From positions 1 through 57,993 of IMG/VR virus record IMGVR_UViG_3300032330_000317: a stretch of 57,993 nt of DNA; one strand, 5' to 3'. How positions within the stretch are numbered: the stretch's first letter is position 1; each line of letters opens with the position of its first letter. The stretch comes from a virus (lineage: Duplodnaviria; Caudoviricetes). Under the pieces are notes generated by a model. The model made no database searches. It was not told the origin of the DNA and saw only the letters and a list, made by a program, of their open reading frames with translations. Of this stretch, positions 43,107-52,742 are shown in pieces. The position numbers were made by a program, and so were the translations under genes.

Positions 43107-43324
43107 CTACTAGTAATGATATGAGTTATTACATCGGTTTGCTGAGTTGCTTTGTTGTGGGGATGGTTGCCTACAATGTAGGATATCTGCATGCACAAGA
43201 AAGATATCAAGTGACTACCAAGTTCCTATGCCATGAGGAAGTTGTATACAAATGGACAGGTAGTTATTGGTACAAACTAGGGGAGTCTTGTAAGACTGAG
43301 GCACAGATGAAGGGGATGACATGA
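43103..43324 (+). CDS. Small membrane-anchored protein
   Basis: N-terminal TM segment; ATGA-coupled. Confidence 0.5.
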   Translation: MTTSNDMSYYIGLLSCFVVGMVAYNVGYLHAQERYQVTTKFLCHEEVVYKWTGSYWYKLGESCKTEAQMKGMT

Positions 43325-43515
43325 CAACAATTTATATTGTTCGTAAACATAAGCGTGTTGGTATGAGGTGGCATGATAACGAGGAAGCATATTACACAGC
43401 GTTTGTAATCTATGGAGCTTATGCTCTGAGGAAAGAAGCTAAGGCTGAAGCTGAGAAGAAGAACGCAAAGTCTAGGGATTACATTTACCTTGTAGGAAAG
43501 GTGGAAATTAAATGA
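43321..43515 (+). CDS. Hypothetical protein
   Basis: 64 aa; ATGA-coupled. Confidence 0.5.
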   Translation: MTTIYIVRKHKRVGMRWHDNEEAYYTAFVIYGAYALRKEAKAEAEKKNAKSRDYIYLVGKVEIK

Positions 43516-43844
43516 CAACAAAGTTACACAAAGAAACTGTTAGTGCCATTGAGAAATGGTGTGTCAAAAAGAAATATAAATTAATTAGAAAGCCAAGCCA
43601 TGTAACTCCGCAAGCATATGTTGTGGGATATGCAGCATCGAGGTGTCTTATTATTGCAAGGTGTTGGGCTAATAGCGAACCACAAACAATGGAGTGGGAT
43701 AAGAAGTATCCACTGAAAGTTGTGAATGAGTTTGATGAAACATTGAAAGCAGGTGACTGGTGTGCAACTGCTTATGTATGTACACAGGGTTGGCAACAAA
43801 CCGTGGCTATCCCTTTGCCTACTAAACTAAAGGAAAACAAATGA
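43512..43844 (+). CDS. Hypothetical protein
   Basis: 110 aa; ATGA-coupled. Confidence 0.55.
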   Translation: MTTKLHKETVSAIEKWCVKKKYKLIRKPSHVTPQAYVVGYAASRCLIIARCWANSEPQTMEWDKKYPLKVVNEFDETLKAGDWCATAYVCTQGWQQTVAIPLPTKLKENK

Positions 43845-44083
43845 CACAAGATCAAATCATTGAGATGCTGAGAGCATCATGCGACAAAGACAAGGTAGAC
43901 CCAGAACGAAATGGGTTTTGGGTAATCGTTACCGAAGAACTTGAACGCTTTGCCAAGCTAGTAGCACAACATGAGCGTGAGGCGTGTGCAAAGATTGTTG
44001 AAGAAAGCAGTTTGCCTGACACATACAGTCAAGAGTGTTTGCCTGAGATTGCAAACGACATTCGGGCAAGGGGACAAGCATGA
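43841..44083 (+). CDS. Conserved small phage protein
   Basis: LERFAKLVAQHEREACAK...IRARG motif. Confidence 0.65.
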   Translation: MTQDQIIEMLRASCDKDKVDPERNGFWVIVTEELERFAKLVAQHEREACAKIVEESSLPDTYSQECLPEIANDIRARGQA

Positions 44084-44334
44084 GTATATCTCCTATTAGC
44101 AAATACGATTTGGTGTTACATAATGTTCCGATGTGTGCAGTGTGTAACAAACCAGTTGAACGAGTGGAGTCCATGTATGACATAACTTATGGTGGTAAGC
44201 GTTTCATTGTGTACTGTCATGGAGATACAGAGGAGTCCTTTCTTGATGATGTTTGGATTGAAGACTGTTCTAGTGTGCAGTTTGGTCAGGCATTTATTGA
44301 TAAGCTTCCACAGAAACAATTGGAAAACAAATGA
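44080..44334 (+). CDS. Small putative zinc-binding protein
   Basis: CAVC and YCHG motifs; ATGA-coupled. Confidence 0.5.
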   Translation: MSISPISKYDLVLHNVPMCAVCNKPVERVESMYDITYGGKRFIVYCHGDTEESFLDDVWIEDCSSVQFGQAFIDKLPQKQLENK

Positions 44335-45431
44335 GTCTACCTAGATATGTAACACTGGCTAAGGCTGCCGAAGGCATAACCAAGTGGAGATACAACCCAC
44401 CTCAGGATGCAGTGGATGCGGGTGTTGTTCAACGCACAGTGCTTGGCACTGACAAGGACAAAGCCTTTGCCTTAGCTGAAGAACTCAATGCACAGCTAGA
44501 CAACTGGCGTAAAGAACTTAGATATCTTAAAGATATCTCTGAGAAGACGAAGGTGGCTGACTTAGTCAAGGCATACAAGAACAACATCACTTACACCAAG
44601 CTCAGTGCTAAAGCACAGCATGACTATCTCTACTACCTACAGGGATGGAAGGATAGCAAAGCTAATGGTGTTGCTCTGTATCAATGCAAGCTTGGTGACT
44701 TAGTCACTCCGCATTGTCAGAAGATATACGAGACACATGCTGAGCATAGTGTTAGCTTAGCTAACCACACCTTAGCTGTCTATCGTTTGCTATTCAACTT
44801 CGCTATCCGTCACGGCTATATCACACACAATCCATTCAGCAAGGTGCTACGAAGGGCAGACAAACCTCGCAGAACTGTATGGACTAGGGAAGATGTTAGA
44901 GCATTCATGAACACTGCCTACTCCACATTCAAGTGGAGGAATGTAGGACTCATTGTGCAGATGGGCTATGAATATGGACAGCGTATGGGTGACATGCGTA
45001 AGCTACGATGGGATCAGGTAGATCTAGAGAAGGGTGTGTTGCACTTGGAACAAAGCAAGCGTAGGTCTAGGGTGACTATCCCAACAAGCCAAGGCTTGCT
45101 AACAATGCTGAGACAACAGCATGCTGAGTTTGGTTGGCAGCAATACATTGCACCATCCAATGTTCCTGATAGGAAGGGTGGCTTGCTGCCTTATAGCTTG
45201 TTCAATCTGTCGAGGGTGGCTAAGCAAATCATGGCTGATGCAGGGATACCTGATGACCTAGTGTTGCAGGACTTGCGAAGGACAGCCATCACAGAGATGA
45301 TTGAAGTTGGTGTACCAATTACAAACATCATGTCAGTGTCAGGTCATGCCACACCGCAGAGCCTAACACCATACATCAAGAACACTTTGCGTAGTGCAAC
45401 AGTGACACAGGAAATGAGAGGACTGGTATGA
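44331..45431 (+). CDS. Tyrosine recombinase/integrase-family protein
   Basis: GQRMGD (Arg I), QDLRRTA (box II, His replaced by Gln), SGH and the catalytic Tyr in LTPYIK. Confidence 0.88.
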   Translation: MSLPRYVTLAKAAEGITKWRYNPPQDAVDAGVVQRTVLGTDKDKAFALAEELNAQLDNWRKELRYLKDISEKTKVADLVKAYKNNITYTKLSAKAQHDYLYYLQGWKDSKANGVALYQCKLGDLVTPHCQKIYETHAEHSVSLANHTLAVYRLLFNFAIRHGYITHNPFSKVLRRADKPRRTVWTREDVRAFMNTAYSTFKWRNVGLIVQMGYEYGQRMGDMRKLRWDQVDLEKGVLHLEQSKRRSRVTIPTSQGLLTMLRQQHAEFGWQQYIAPSNVPDRKGGLLPYSLFNLSRVAKQIMADAGIPDDLVLQDLRRTAITEMIEVGVPITNIMSVSGHATPQSLTPYIKNTLRSATVTQEMRGLV

Positions 45432-45598
45432 CATTAAATCAATTTGAACAAGAGGCTATTGTTCTTGAACAATTGGAATGGCTACTTAACTATGAGCTTA
45501 AGCGTGAGGTTCAAGACCAAGACTGGGAACTTATGAGTGCTCTTGTAAGAGTGATAAAAGAATTTCAACCGATAGAAATTGTGAAGGATAGATCATGA
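45428..45598 (+). CDS. Hypothetical protein (56 aa, not in ORF track)
   Basis: Read by hand; ATGA-coupled on both sides. Confidence 0.5.
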   Translation: MTLNQFEQEAIVLEQLEWLLNYELKREVQDQDWELMSALVRVIKEFQPIEIVKDRS

Positions 45599-45741
45599 GT
45601 GCTTGGCTGATTGCAATTGTTGGTGTTGTCTATGCAGTGGTGGCAGTGGACCTGCTACTCAAGGGTAACACTGGGCTAGGCATAGCCTTTGTTGGTTATG
45701 CACTGGGTAATGTGGGCTTATATATGGAGGCAGCGAAATGA
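45595..45741 (+). CDS. Small two-TM membrane protein (48 aa, not in ORF track)
   Basis: Read by hand as MSAWLIAIVGVVYAVVAVDLLLKGNTGLGIAFVGYALGNVGLYMEAAK. Confidence 0.55.
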   Translation: MSAWLIAIVGVVYAVVAVDLLLKGNTGLGIAFVGYALGNVGLYMEAAK

Positions 45742-45992
45742 GTAAATGCAAATGTGATTTAAGAACAAAGCTTGTGGGTGATGGGTGTAGATACTGCAAC
45801 CCTCAAGAATATATAGACAAGTTGATTGAAACCCTTGAAGAACAGCGCACATGGGAAGGGCTGACGGATGAGGAGTATTTAGAAGCAGAAAGCGTAGTGT
45901 GGATAACGATCAATTTGGATTCCGATGAGAAAGAAGCCAATCGAGATTTTTATCAAGCCATTGAAGCCAAACTCAAGGAGAAGAACACATGA
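45738..45992 (+). CDS. Hypothetical protein
   Basis: CKC...GDGCRYCNP and WEGLTDEE...AIEAKLKEKN motifs. Confidence 0.6.
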   Translation: MSKCKCDLRTKLVGDGCRYCNPQEYIDKLIETLEEQRTWEGLTDEEYLEAESVVWITINLDSDEKEANRDFYQAIEAKLKEKNT

Positions 45993-46154
45993 AGAGCTGG
46001 TTCATCAGTACATACATCATGGCTGTGTGTTATTTAATTGGAGCATTCATTAACTGGGACTACAACGCAGGTAACTGGTCTGAGTTTGCTAGGTTTTCTA
46101 TAATACTTTTGTGGGCTTTTCTCTGCGGTAGTTGGGTTACTTATGAGGTGAAAA

Positions 46155-46409
46155 ATGAAATTGAATGAACTAGAAGACCTCATCATGGCAGCTTGGATAA
46201 CTAAAGAGGACATCGACTCTGTGTTGTGGGTGTTACTGGACAGAGAGAAGCAACCTGATGAGGATGAGCTTTCCAATTTATTGTTAGGCATCCATACCCT
46301 GCATGATGCTAGAATGACCAAGCTATTCAACGCATATGAGCAGGTGCTCAAGACCAACAAAGTTACCTACAAAGGCTATGGCATTTCTAAAAACACACCT
46401 ACCTTGTGA
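46155..46409 (+). CDS. Hypothetical protein
   Basis: 84 aa after GAGG. Confidence 0.6.
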   Translation: MKLNELEDLIMAAWITKEDIDSVLWVLLDREKQPDEDELSNLLLGIHTLHDARMTKLFNAYEQVLKTNKVTYKGYGISKNTPTL

Positions 46410-47991
46410 GACATGCGGAAGCAGTGATGGCTTATCACTGAATGAAGACATGTCCACCAAATGTTTTGTATGTGATACATACATCCCATCAACCAACAAC
46501 GAAAGACTAGAAGTGATTGATGTAGACAGCGATACAAAAGATACCAGTGGCTTTATTAAAAGCTACAACGAAGGCGTTAGTGTGAGTGTCTCAGACAGAC
46601 GCATTAACAAAACTACAATGGAACGCTATGGTGTTGTACGCCATGAGGGTTTCTATTACTTCCCCTATTACGATAGTAATTCCCAACTGGTGGCAGCTAA
46701 GCGTAGGGAAGTGAAGGACAAGAAGTTCACCACCGTAGGTGGATGGAGCAAGGGTACTCTGTTTGGACAACATCTCTATCCATCCAATGGTAAGTATCTC
46801 ACCATCACTGAAGGTGAGTTCGATGCGTTGGCAGCATACCAATTGACAGGCAGTAAGTATCCTGTTGTATCTATACGCACAGGTGCAGGTAGTGCATTGA
46901 AGGATGCGAAAGCAAACTACGAATACATCAACAGCTTTGAAAACATTGTGCTGTGCTTTGATGGTGACGAGGCAGGGCAGAAGGCAGCGAAGGAAGTTGC
47001 TGAATTGTTTGGTAGTAAGTGCAAGATATTTAAACCTGACCCTGCATACAAGGATGCATGCGAGTGGCTTGCAGAAAGCAAGGAAGCAGCATTCGTAGCT
47101 AGGTGGTGGGCAGCAGAGCCGTTCGTACCTGATGGTATTGTTAGTGGCACTGGGCTGTGGGAGTTGGTATCAACACCAATGGAAGCAGCAGATTGTTTCT
47201 ACCCTTGGAAGGGACTCAACGACATTACCTATGGCATCAGAGCAGGAGAACTGGTTACATTCACAGCAGGTAGTGGACTAGGTAAGAGCCAGACTCTACG
47301 AGAAATTGTGTGGCACTTGTTGCAGAACAGCAACGACAACATTGGCTTGATGTTCTTAGAAGAGAGTGTGCGTAAGACTAGCTTGTCAATGATGAGCCTT
47401 GCTGCTGACACGCCCCTACACCTACCAACATCTGAGGTATCTGAAGTAGTACGAAAGGATGCGTTCGATAAGACACTAGGCACTGGTCGCCTGTACTTCT
47501 TCGATCACTTCGGATCGACAGCCATCGAGAACATTGTTAATCGTGTGAAGTATATGGCTAAGGGACTAGGCTGTAAGTATGTATTCCTAGATCACTTGTC
47601 CATCATCGTGTCCAGTCAGGACAATGGCGATGAGCGTAAGGCCATTGACGAAATCATGACCAAGCTTCGCATGCTTGTGCAGGAAACTAGCATTGCTCTC
47701 ATTATTGTCAGCCACCTCAAGCGTCCATCAGACAAAGGACATGAGGAAGGTGCAACCACTAGTCTAGCTCAGCTTCGAGGCAGTGCTGCCATAGCACAAC
47801 TTAGTGACATGGTGATATCGCTAGAGAGGAATGGTCAGGCTGATGATCCCATTGAACGCAACACCACCAAGGTGAGGGTGTTGAAGAACCGCTACAGTGG
47901 ACAGACTGGTCCTGCTTGTAGCTTGCTTTATAACAAAGATACTGGCAGAATGTTCGAGATTGAAGATTCAATGGAAGGACTTATGCTATGA
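46378..47991 (+). CDS. T7 gp4-like DNA primase-helicase
   Basis: Zn finger CETC...CFVC, TOPRIM ITEGEFDA and FDGDEAG, Walker A AGSGLGKS, LDHLS, VSHL and LRGSAAIAQLSD. Confidence 0.95.
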   Translation: MAFLKTHLPCETCGSSDGLSLNEDMSTKCFVCDTYIPSTNNERLEVIDVDSDTKDTSGFIKSYNEGVSVSVSDRRINKTTMERYGVVRHEGFYYFPYYDSNSQLVAAKRREVKDKKFTTVGGWSKGTLFGQHLYPSNGKYLTITEGEFDALAAYQLTGSKYPVVSIRTGAGSALKDAKANYEYINSFENIVLCFDGDEAGQKAAKEVAELFGSKCKIFKPDPAYKDACEWLAESKEAAFVARWWAAEPFVPDGIVSGTGLWELVSTPMEAADCFYPWKGLNDITYGIRAGELVTFTAGSGLGKSQTLREIVWHLLQNSNDNIGLMFLEESVRKTSLSMMSLAADTPLHLPTSEVSEVVRKDAFDKTLGTGRLYFFDHFGSTAIENIVNRVKYMAKGLGCKYVFLDHLSIIVSSQDNGDERKAIDEIMTKLRMLVQETSIALIIVSHLKRPSDKGHEEGATTSLAQLRGSAAIAQLSDMVISLERNGQADDPIERNTTKVRVLKNRYSGQTGPACSLLYNKDTGRMFEIEDSMEGLML

Positions 47992-48218
47992 AGAAGTGGG
48001 ATGGATTTGATAGTGCCATTATGGGTATGGCATCTATATGGAATGGTAATGAACGTGTTGATGTACTGGTCTACCACAGTGACAAGATGGTTGAACAGTT
48101 AACAATTAGAGATGGTATGTCTCATGACGAAGCCGTTGAATACATCGACTTTAATATTGAGAATGCTTACATAGGAAAGGACACACCTGTATTGGTGTGG
48201 CAGTTTTACGATGAGTGA
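47988..48218 (+). CDS. Conserved small acidic phage protein
   Basis: DGFDSAIMG...EAVEYIDFNIENAYIGKDTP motif. Confidence 0.65.
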   Translation: MKKWDGFDSAIMGMASIWNGNERVDVLVYHSDKMVEQLTIRDGMSHDEAVEYIDFNIENAYIGKDTPVLVWQFYDE

Positions 48219-48408
48219 CGGAGGAAAGGGACATACTCAGCGTCCCAGATCAATAGCTGATGAAGAGTGGGCATCAAGGTGGAATGCCATCTTTGGTAAA
48301 GACTCAGCAGAAGATTACAAACAGTCGGTAGATGTTAACAATCTCCGACAAAATGATAAGGACAAGGACGATGATCTTCTTAGACATAGAGACAAACCTG
48401 AAACATGA
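48211..48408 (+). CDS. Hypothetical protein
   Basis: GGKG..QRP...WNAIFG motif. Confidence 0.5.
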   Translation: MSDGGKGHTQRPRSIADEEWASRWNAIFGKDSAEDYKQSVDVNNLRQNDKDKDDDLLRHRDKPET

Positions 48409-50086
48409 CACCATCTGGTTATGTGTTACTAAGCACAACACCACTGGTGAGGTAAGGCACTGGCGGGAAGCCGACACCTTGCAACAATACTTAGATGGTG
48501 AGCAAGTGGTAGGCCACAACATCATCGGCTTCGATGCCCCTGTCCTGAAGAAGGTATGGGGTGTTAGCATTCCTGACAACAAGTTAGTGGATACACTGGT
48601 GATGTCACGCCTATACAAACCTGACATTGACATTGTTATTCCTGAGCAGGGCAAAGCCCCTAGTCCACACAGCCTAGAGGCATGGGGCTATCGCTTAGGT
48701 AATCACAAGATTGGCTACACTGCTTTCGATGGTGGCTACACTGAGAGCATGGCTATCTATTGTGAGCAGGATGTATTGCTGCTTGAAAATCTGTACAACC
48801 ATCTATCAACAGCGATGGTGAAGGAAGGATTCTCTACACAAAGCATTCAGCTTGAGCATGATGTTGCCATCATCTGCCGTGGCATGGAAGACAACGGCTT
48901 CATGTTAGACATGGAGAAAGCTATGGTACTCAATGCCACCCTCAGTGGTCGCATGTCTGACATTGAAGAGAGCATGCAGAAGGTGTTCCCTCCTATCGTG
49001 GAGCAACGATTCTCTGAGAAGACAGGCAAGCAACTGAAGGATAAGATTACCGTTTTTAATCCCGGAAGTAGACAGCAAATTGCTGAGCGATTGGCAGGGC
49101 TTGGTGTTAAGTTTACTAAACACACAGACAAAGGCAATGTCATTGTTGACGAAGCTGTGCTTGAGAAGATTGACTTGCCTGAAGCTAAGCTTGTAGCTGA
49201 GTACTTAATGATTCAAAAGCGTGTGGCTCAGATCAGTAGTTGGCTTGAGCTAGTGGGTGACGATGGTCGGGTGCATGGCAGGGTCACTACCAATGGTGCA
49301 GTGACAGGCAGAGCAACACACAGTAGTCCTAACATGGCACAGGTTCCTGCAGTGGGTAGTCCATTCGGTGCTGAGTGCAGAGAGATGTGGCGTGTGCCTG
49401 TTGGGTACAAGCAAGTGGGTGTTGACCTATCAGGTATCGAGCTTCGCTGCTTGGGTCACTACCTAAGGGATCAGGAATGGATTGATGAGTTGCTCAAGGG
49501 TGACATCCACTGGTTCAATGCACAGAGCTTTGGCTTGGTGGATAAGGGTACTGTCAAGGACGATAACAATCCTGAGCATAAGAAGGCTAGGAACACCACC
49601 AAAACCCTGACATATGGGGTGTTGTATGGTGCAGGTGCTGCCAAGGCAGGATCAATTGTTGGTGGTAACAGCAGCAAAGGCAAGAAACTTATTGATAGTT
49701 TTATCAATAACACGCCCGGCCTTTCTGAACTGAAGAAGAAGATATCTAAGCTGATGGCTAAGGGTCACCTTCCTGCATTGGATGGACGCAGGGTGTGGGT
49801 TAGGTCAGAGCATGCAGCATTGAACACATTGTTGCAAAGTGCAGGTGCTATCATTGCTAAGCAGTGGCTTGTTGAATCAACAAAGTTGTTGCAGGAAAAG
49901 GGAATAGATGCTAAACTGTTAGCGTTTGTTCATGACGAAACACAATGGGAAGTTAAAGAAGATCAGGCAGAGGAAGCAGCTAGGCTCATCGAGCAAGCAG
50001 CAACCAAGGCAGGTGAAGCTTTAGGTTTCCGGTGTCCGGTTGATGCCGAAGGTAAGGTCGGTAACAACTGGCGTGAGTGCCACTGA
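48371..50086 (+). CDS. polA: Family A DNA polymerase (T7 gp5-like) with 3'-5' exonuclease
   Basis: Exonuclease motifs DIET, GHNIIGFD and YCEQD; polymerase motifs DLSGIELR (A), KTLTYGVLYG (B) and VHDE (C). Confidence 0.95.
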   Translation: MIFLDIETNLKHDTIWLCVTKHNTTGEVRHWREADTLQQYLDGEQVVGHNIIGFDAPVLKKVWGVSIPDNKLVDTLVMSRLYKPDIDIVIPEQGKAPSPHSLEAWGYRLGNHKIGYTAFDGGYTESMAIYCEQDVLLLENLYNHLSTAMVKEGFSTQSIQLEHDVAIICRGMEDNGFMLDMEKAMVLNATLSGRMSDIEESMQKVFPPIVEQRFSEKTGKQLKDKITVFNPGSRQQIAERLAGLGVKFTKHTDKGNVIVDEAVLEKIDLPEAKLVAEYLMIQKRVAQISSWLELVGDDGRVHGRVTTNGAVTGRATHSSPNMAQVPAVGSPFGAECREMWRVPVGYKQVGVDLSGIELRCLGHYLRDQEWIDELLKGDIHWFNAQSFGLVDKGTVKDDNNPEHKKARNTTKTLTYGVLYGAGAAKAGSIVGGNSSKGKKLIDSFINNTPGLSELKKKISKLMAKGHLPALDGRRVWVRSEHAALNTLLQSAGAIIAKQWLVESTKLLQEKGIDAKLLAFVHDETQWEVKEDQAEEAARLIEQAATKAGEALGFRCPVDAEGKVGNNWRECH

Positions 50087-50119
50087 CGATACAAGTGGGT
50101 TTTCATATTGGAGAAAATT

Positions 50120-50539
50120 ATGAGTGAAGAAAAGAAAGCCATTAAGATTAAGGCTGATGTGTTCTGGTGTCAACACAACAAGGTGAATGACATGTCCGGC
50201 AAGTTCCAACTTAACTTGTGCAACTTGTCCGATGCTGCTGTTGAAGCATTGGAAGACATGGGCATCAGTGTTCAGACTGGTGAAGAGAAGAAGGCTGACA
50301 TGGGCAAGTACATCACTTGCAAATCAGAGAAGCCTATCCGTGTCTTTGATACGGACAACGATGAAATCACTGAAGCAATTGGCAACGGCAGCAAAGCCAA
50401 AGCCTTGGTGTCTTCATACTCTTGGACATACAAGAACAAGAAAGGTGTTAGCCCTTCGTTGAAGAAGCTGGTCATCACTGAGTTGGTTGAATACTCTGCA
50501 GCCAGTGGCATCAGTGCAGACGATGAGGATGTGCTGTAA
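50120..50539 (+). CDS. Single-stranded DNA-binding protein (gp2.5-like)
   Basis: IGNGSKA motif and acidic C-terminal tail, after the polymerase gene. Confidence 0.75.
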   Translation: MSEEKKAIKIKADVFWCQHNKVNDMSGKFQLNLCNLSDAAVEALEDMGISVQTGEEKKADMGKYITCKSEKPIRVFDTDNDEITEAIGNGSKAKALVSSYSWTYKNKKGVSPSLKKLVITELVEYSAASGISADDEDVL

Positions 50540-50546
50540 TCTTTGA

Positions 50547-50603
50547 TTGACAAAAGTACACTTCTTCGATATAACTTACAATGTAATCTATCGAAGGAGT
50601 GTA
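50547..50603 (+). promoter_or_regulatory. Promoter embedded in an RBS-sequestering hairpin
   Basis: TTGACA-N17-TATAACT; TACACTTCTTCGATA (50557-50571) pairs with TATCGAAGGAGTGTA (50589-50603). Confidence 0.75.
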
Positions 50604-51097
50604 TGATGACTAATCAATTTGTAAGTCCACAAGTTGTTACGGATACCCATAAGACATGTAGTAAGTGTAAAGAATTTAAACCCTTTACAGCTTTTCATTT
50701 AGATAAAAAGAATCCCAAAGGAAAAGGATATGCTTACTACTGTAAAGAATGTGCTAATGCTAATACAAGAAAGCATCATAATCTTCACAAAGATAATGAT
50801 GAGTATCAGAAAAAGAAAAAGAATAGTCAAGTAAAAAGAACCTATGGTATTGATTTAACTGAGTATACTAACAAGCTTATACAGCAAGGATGTAAGTGTG
50901 CTATATGTAAGATAGACCTTCCAGTTTCTGGATTGTTTACACATTTAGATCATGATCACTCTTCAGGAAAGCTTCGTGATTTCTTATGCACAAACTGTAA
51001 TAGGGGTCTTGGTCATTTTCAAGATAACAAGGAAATTCTAATGTCAGCTATAGAATATTTAGAACTACACAGTATCACTGATACCACTAAGATATGA
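50603..51097 (+). CDS. Free-standing endonuclease VII-like (His-Me finger) putative homing endonuclease
   Basis: CSKC...CKEC, then YGI...Q..KCAIC...HLDHDHSSGKLRDFLCTNCNRGLG; more AT-rich than its flanks. Confidence 0.85.
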   Translation: MMTNQFVSPQVVTDTHKTCSKCKEFKPFTAFHLDKKNPKGKGYAYYCKECANANTRKHHNLHKDNDEYQKKKKNSQVKRTYGIDLTEYTNKLIQQGCKCAICKIDLPVSGLFTHLDHDHSSGKLRDFLCTNCNRGLGHFQDNKEILMSAIEYLELHSITDTTKI

Positions 51098-51795
51098 AAG
51101 CATTATATGACGCTGACATATTCTGTTACAGATCAGCATCCGCATGTGAGGACGAAGACGAAGCAACGGCACAGCGAACACTGCACCGTTTAATTGTTGA
51201 TGTCCTCATGTGTGGTGTTGATAACATCTATCCTGATTGCTTTGTAGATGAGTGGCATTTCTACCTAACAGGTAAGAACAACTTCCGATATCAGATAGCA
51301 ACCACTGTTCCTTATAAAGGTAATAGAGTTGATAAGCCTAAGCCAAAGCATCTAGCTTTTCTTAGAAACTATTTGGTAAAAGAATGGGGAGCCACCATCT
51401 CTGATGGTCAGGAAGCTGATGACGCAATTGCCATTGAAGCTACAAAGCTTGGTGACAATTGTGTCATTGTGTCTTTAGACAAAGACTTAGATCAGATTGT
51501 TGGTTGGCATTACAACTTCGTTAAACATCTAGGCTACTACATCAAACCAGAGGAAGCTCTGGTCAAGTTGTACACGCAGATGCTGACAGGTGATGCTGCT
51601 GATAACATCAAAGGATTGTTCCGTGTTGGTCCAGTGAAGGCAGCCAAGATACTTGGAGATTCAACGGATGAACTAGAGCTATACAACAAAGTGTTGGAAG
51701 CTTACGAGGGTAATGCTGAGCGTGTATTAGAGAATGCTCAGCTTCTTTTTTTACGCAGATATGAAGGGCAGATATGGACTCCTCCGCAAACTTAA
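51094..51795 (+). CDS. 5'-3' exonuclease (T7 gp6/FEN-like)
   Basis: DADI, NFR...YKGNR, EADD, DKDL and GDAADNIKG motifs. Confidence 0.9.
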   Translation: MKALYDADIFCYRSASACEDEDEATAQRTLHRLIVDVLMCGVDNIYPDCFVDEWHFYLTGKNNFRYQIATTVPYKGNRVDKPKPKHLAFLRNYLVKEWGATISDGQEADDAIAIEATKLGDNCVIVSLDKDLDQIVGWHYNFVKHLGYYIKPEEALVKLYTQMLTGDAADNIKGLFRVGPVKAAKILGDSTDELELYNKVLEAYEGNAERVLENAQLLFLRRYEGQIWTPPQT

Positions 51796-52112
51796 AGCCT
51801 AACGACATTGCACTGATTCTCCGTCCTCATATTGTTGATGGTAAATATACAAACACATTCAATGTGTTGGTCAGTGGTTATGGACCAATGACTATTAGTC
51901 AAGATGATGTAGACAACCTGCTAGGGATGGCTATGATTTTGGCATCGGTTATTCCACAGATGGAGGCTGATGATAAATTGGCTGATCGTCTTGTAGAATA
52001 TTGTGGTAAATATTTTGCTGATGTGGGTGAGTTTGAATACAACCCAGACCACGACAGCTTTGGTGATGGTAGTTTCACCATTAATACTAAAACAGTTGGA
52101 GGTATGCAATGA
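51774..52112 (+). CDS. Hypothetical protein
   Basis: 112 aa coupled ORF. Confidence 0.6.
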   Translation: MDSSANLKPNDIALILRPHIVDGKYTNTFNVLVSGYGPMTISQDDVDNLLGMAMILASVIPQMEADDKLADRLVEYCGKYFADVGEFEYNPDHDSFGDGSFTINTKTVGGMQ

Positions 52113-52372
52113 ATGTAGATGAAACACTAGCTCAGCGAGGAACTAAGTATGGCAACTATAAAGAAGATGTCTCTAGAGTTTCGCAAGCATTGAAGGATAC
52201 AGTACGATCAGGTGCTGTATGGAAAGAGATGGACGATGATATGAAGGAAAGCCTTGATCTCATCTGCAACAAGATCTCTCGCATTGTCAATGGTGATCCT
52301 TGGTATCATGACTCATGGCATGATGTAATTGGTTACGCACGACTGGTTGAAGAAAGACTGGAAAAATTATGA
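52109..52372 (+). CDS. DUF6378-like protein
   Basis: RGTKYG...KISRIVNGD...DSWHDVIGYA motif. Confidence 0.75.
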   Translation: MNVDETLAQRGTKYGNYKEDVSRVSQALKDTVRSGAVWKEMDDDMKESLDLICNKISRIVNGDPWYHDSWHDVIGYARLVEERLEKL

Positions 52373-52545
52373 TCACAGTGGACATTAGTTTAAAAGTATT
52401 CTTTAAACCAGAAGACCTGCCTAATGTCTATCTGAATGAAGAAGTGTTGAGCGAGGTACTCATCGAGAACCTGACAGCCTCATTGGAAAGAATGGATTCA
52501 CATGAAGTGGTGTTCCGTCATGTGGATGTGGAGGGTTTGGAATGA
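52369..52545 (+). CDS. Hypothetical protein (58 aa, not in ORF track)
   Basis: Read by hand; ATGA-coupled on both sides. Confidence 0.5.
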   Translation: MITVDISLKVFFKPEDLPNVYLNEEVLSEVLIENLTASLERMDSHEVVFRHVDVEGLE

Positions 52546-52742
52546 AGGTTAACTCTGTAACAATTAGGGAGGCAAGCAATGGTTATGTTGTTGAACATGT
52601 TGCTGAGTCCGAATATGATAAATACCTTTCTGAGTTTGTTGCTTTGGATATTGACGAAGCACTGGCGATAGCAAGGGATTTATTTGTGCATTACGATGCT
52701 GCTGACATGTCGCATTTAGTAGATACAAAAATTGGTAGATAA
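52542..52742 (+). CDS. Hypothetical protein
   Basis: 66 aa with an IREASNGYVV motif. Confidence 0.55.
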   Translation: MKVNSVTIREASNGYVVEHVAESEYDKYLSEFVALDIDEALAIARDLFVHYDAADMSHLVDTKIGR

